Source of the DNA: Nemertoderma westbladi
Taxonomy: Eukaryota > Animalia > Xenacoelomorpha
Length of the DNA stretch: 64,000 bases
NCBI GenBank assembly: GCA_032718475.1
Contig: JAUCBJ010000566.1
Coordinates: 1-64,000 of the forward strand
Reading direction: 5' to 3'
Position numbers and translations under genes: made by a program
Shown: positions 62,395 through 64,000 of the stretch, in pieces
Layout of the letters: every line of letters begins with the position of its first letter
Numbering within the stretch: the stretch's first letter is position 1
The notes under the pieces: generated by a model
What the model saw: the letters and a program-made list of their open reading frames with translations, nothing else
Told to the model about the DNA's origin: nothing
Database searches by the model: none

Positions 62395-64000
62395 TTACCA
62401 GATCTTTGCTCCTCTTTGAGCTGTCACCTGTGTATCTTTGACACCTGTAACTGTGTATGGTTCCAGATCGAATGGTGGCTTTAGGATGGTTTTCTCTTGT
62501 TTGATCATTACCTTAACCCCTGTGATGATTGTCACATCCTTAGCCCTTCTCTTTTTATTACTTAGCTCCTTTCTCATTGCTCTACTTTCTTGGTCCTTCT
62601 TCTTGCTTCCTGGTGGGCTTTGCCTTGCTATGGTTTGATTAGTGCTGGTATCTGTGTCGTTATTGTGCACCCCATTATTAATTCGCTTGGTGTCTTGCCT
62701 GTACTCGGGTGTGGAGTGTTTCGAAAATGTAACAATCTCCTCCTCACCTCGACTTTTGGATCCTTTCCTTCTGCAATGGCTGCATGGACTGTTTTCACAA
62801 GGACTCCCATAAATCTTTCGGCTATTCCGTTAGCTTCAGGATGCTCGGGTGTACAGGGTTTAGATTTAAATCCCATTTCTTTAGCATATTCTTTCCAAGC
62901 AATTGATTTGTATGGACTGCCGTTGTCATGGGTTATATATTCTGGCACCCACATTAGACTAAAACTTATATCTAATGCTGGTCTGAGCTGCTCGAAACTT
63001 GTACTGGATACAATCTCCACTTCCAGCCACCTAGAGTAAGTGTCTATGAGAATGTGGAAGTAATACTTACTGCCAATTGGTCCCTTAAAATCTGCTGCGC
63101 AGCCAACCCAAGGACCAGAAGGTGTAAACCTTTCTATCAAAGGTGGGGGACTGTTTCTTCCCACAGCTGCTTCACACGCTGAACAACTCTCCACATATAC
63201 CTTGACATCATCTGTAAGACCTGGCCACCATACGGATTCTCTAAGCTCCTGTAACATTGAATCTCTTCCAGGATAGCCCTCATGTGCTGCCCCTAAAATA
63301 TCTGTCCGAAGCTTCCTGGGAATAAGGAGTCTGTCACCTCGCAGTAGTTCTCCACCCTTCAAACTAAGCTCAGTGAAACATTCTTTATAGCCCATTGTAC
63401 ATAGTTCCTCCCATAGTCTACCCCTCTGAATGTTTATCATTAGTTGCTGCAACTCCTCATCCTTCTGTGCAAACTGTTCTTGTATGGGAAGTGTCACTGC
63501 GTCCGTCACTGCCTCTATTCGATCAACTATTATTTCAGCTTCACCTTCCTCCTCTTCAATGCCAAGCTGAGTTCTGTCCTACATACTGTAGTATTTCCTG
63601 GCTGGTGGGTTCTTGGATCCATAATCTGCTGGGGTTGTGGTTCCCGGTTCATATACCACATTGAAATCAAAACCAATCAATTTCGCTTTATGCTTTGCTA
63701 TTTGGATTGGTAGTGATCTCGAGTGTGAGCGATATATAGAGACAAGTGGTTCTTGATCAACAACTACTATGAACTGTGTGCCACATAAATACATTCGATT
63801 TGCTAATACTCCACTCAGAATTCCCAGAGATTCTCCAAATCTCCATCTACCTTACCATAATACATCTCCGCACTTGTCTTGGCTCTGCTATTATGTGTCA
63901 CCAGCCTCCAGACGGTATGGTCGATGCCCGCTAGAACATACTTCTGAGTGACTGTAGCTGCCACCCCTGCAGGGCCCTCATCCACATACAGTCTGGTTTC
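62395..64000 (-). pseudogene. pol: Decayed Gypsy pol (RNase H and integrase), running off the window end
   Basis: DQEPLV, YEPG..PADY, AHEG.PG...VWWPG...CSAC, ADFKGP, IDTYSRW, HDNGSPY, PEANGIAER. Confidence 0.88.

Overview
AT-rich, transposon-dominated window from an animal genome (probably a marine invertebrate; the species cannot be told from sequence). The only host-gene content I can support is a minus-strand set of five exons: three 123-bp calcium-binding EGF exons (35853-35731, 35475-35353, 33839-33717) and two exons of an F-type-lectin/F5-8C domain (25308-25067, 24584-24384). The rest is nested mobile DNA. There is an intact 1348-aa CRE-like non-LTR ORF (putative SIMs, Ulp1 protease, Zn finger, PHD, RT, RLE) and a decayed relative with Ulp1 and SAP domains. 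There is a near-full L2/CR1 LINE whose ORF2 has a long hydrophobic leader and a 2A-like motif, about seven copies of one RTE family, and two Gypsy remnants. A 17.6-kb BEL/Pao element (two ~1.18-kb LTRs, GGTTC TSD) sits inside an older BEL. Non-autonomous DNA transposons include piggyBac-, Kolobok-, EnSpm- and Helentron-like elements. The most notable signals are: (1) the BEL element lacks a tRNA-type PBS but has a Tf1-like self-complementary one; (2) it carries an unknown non-env accessory ORF with a diverged homolog at 8361-8622; (3) the CRE-like elements carry SUMO-protease and chromatin-reader modules. All calls come from visual motif reading; no searches were run.
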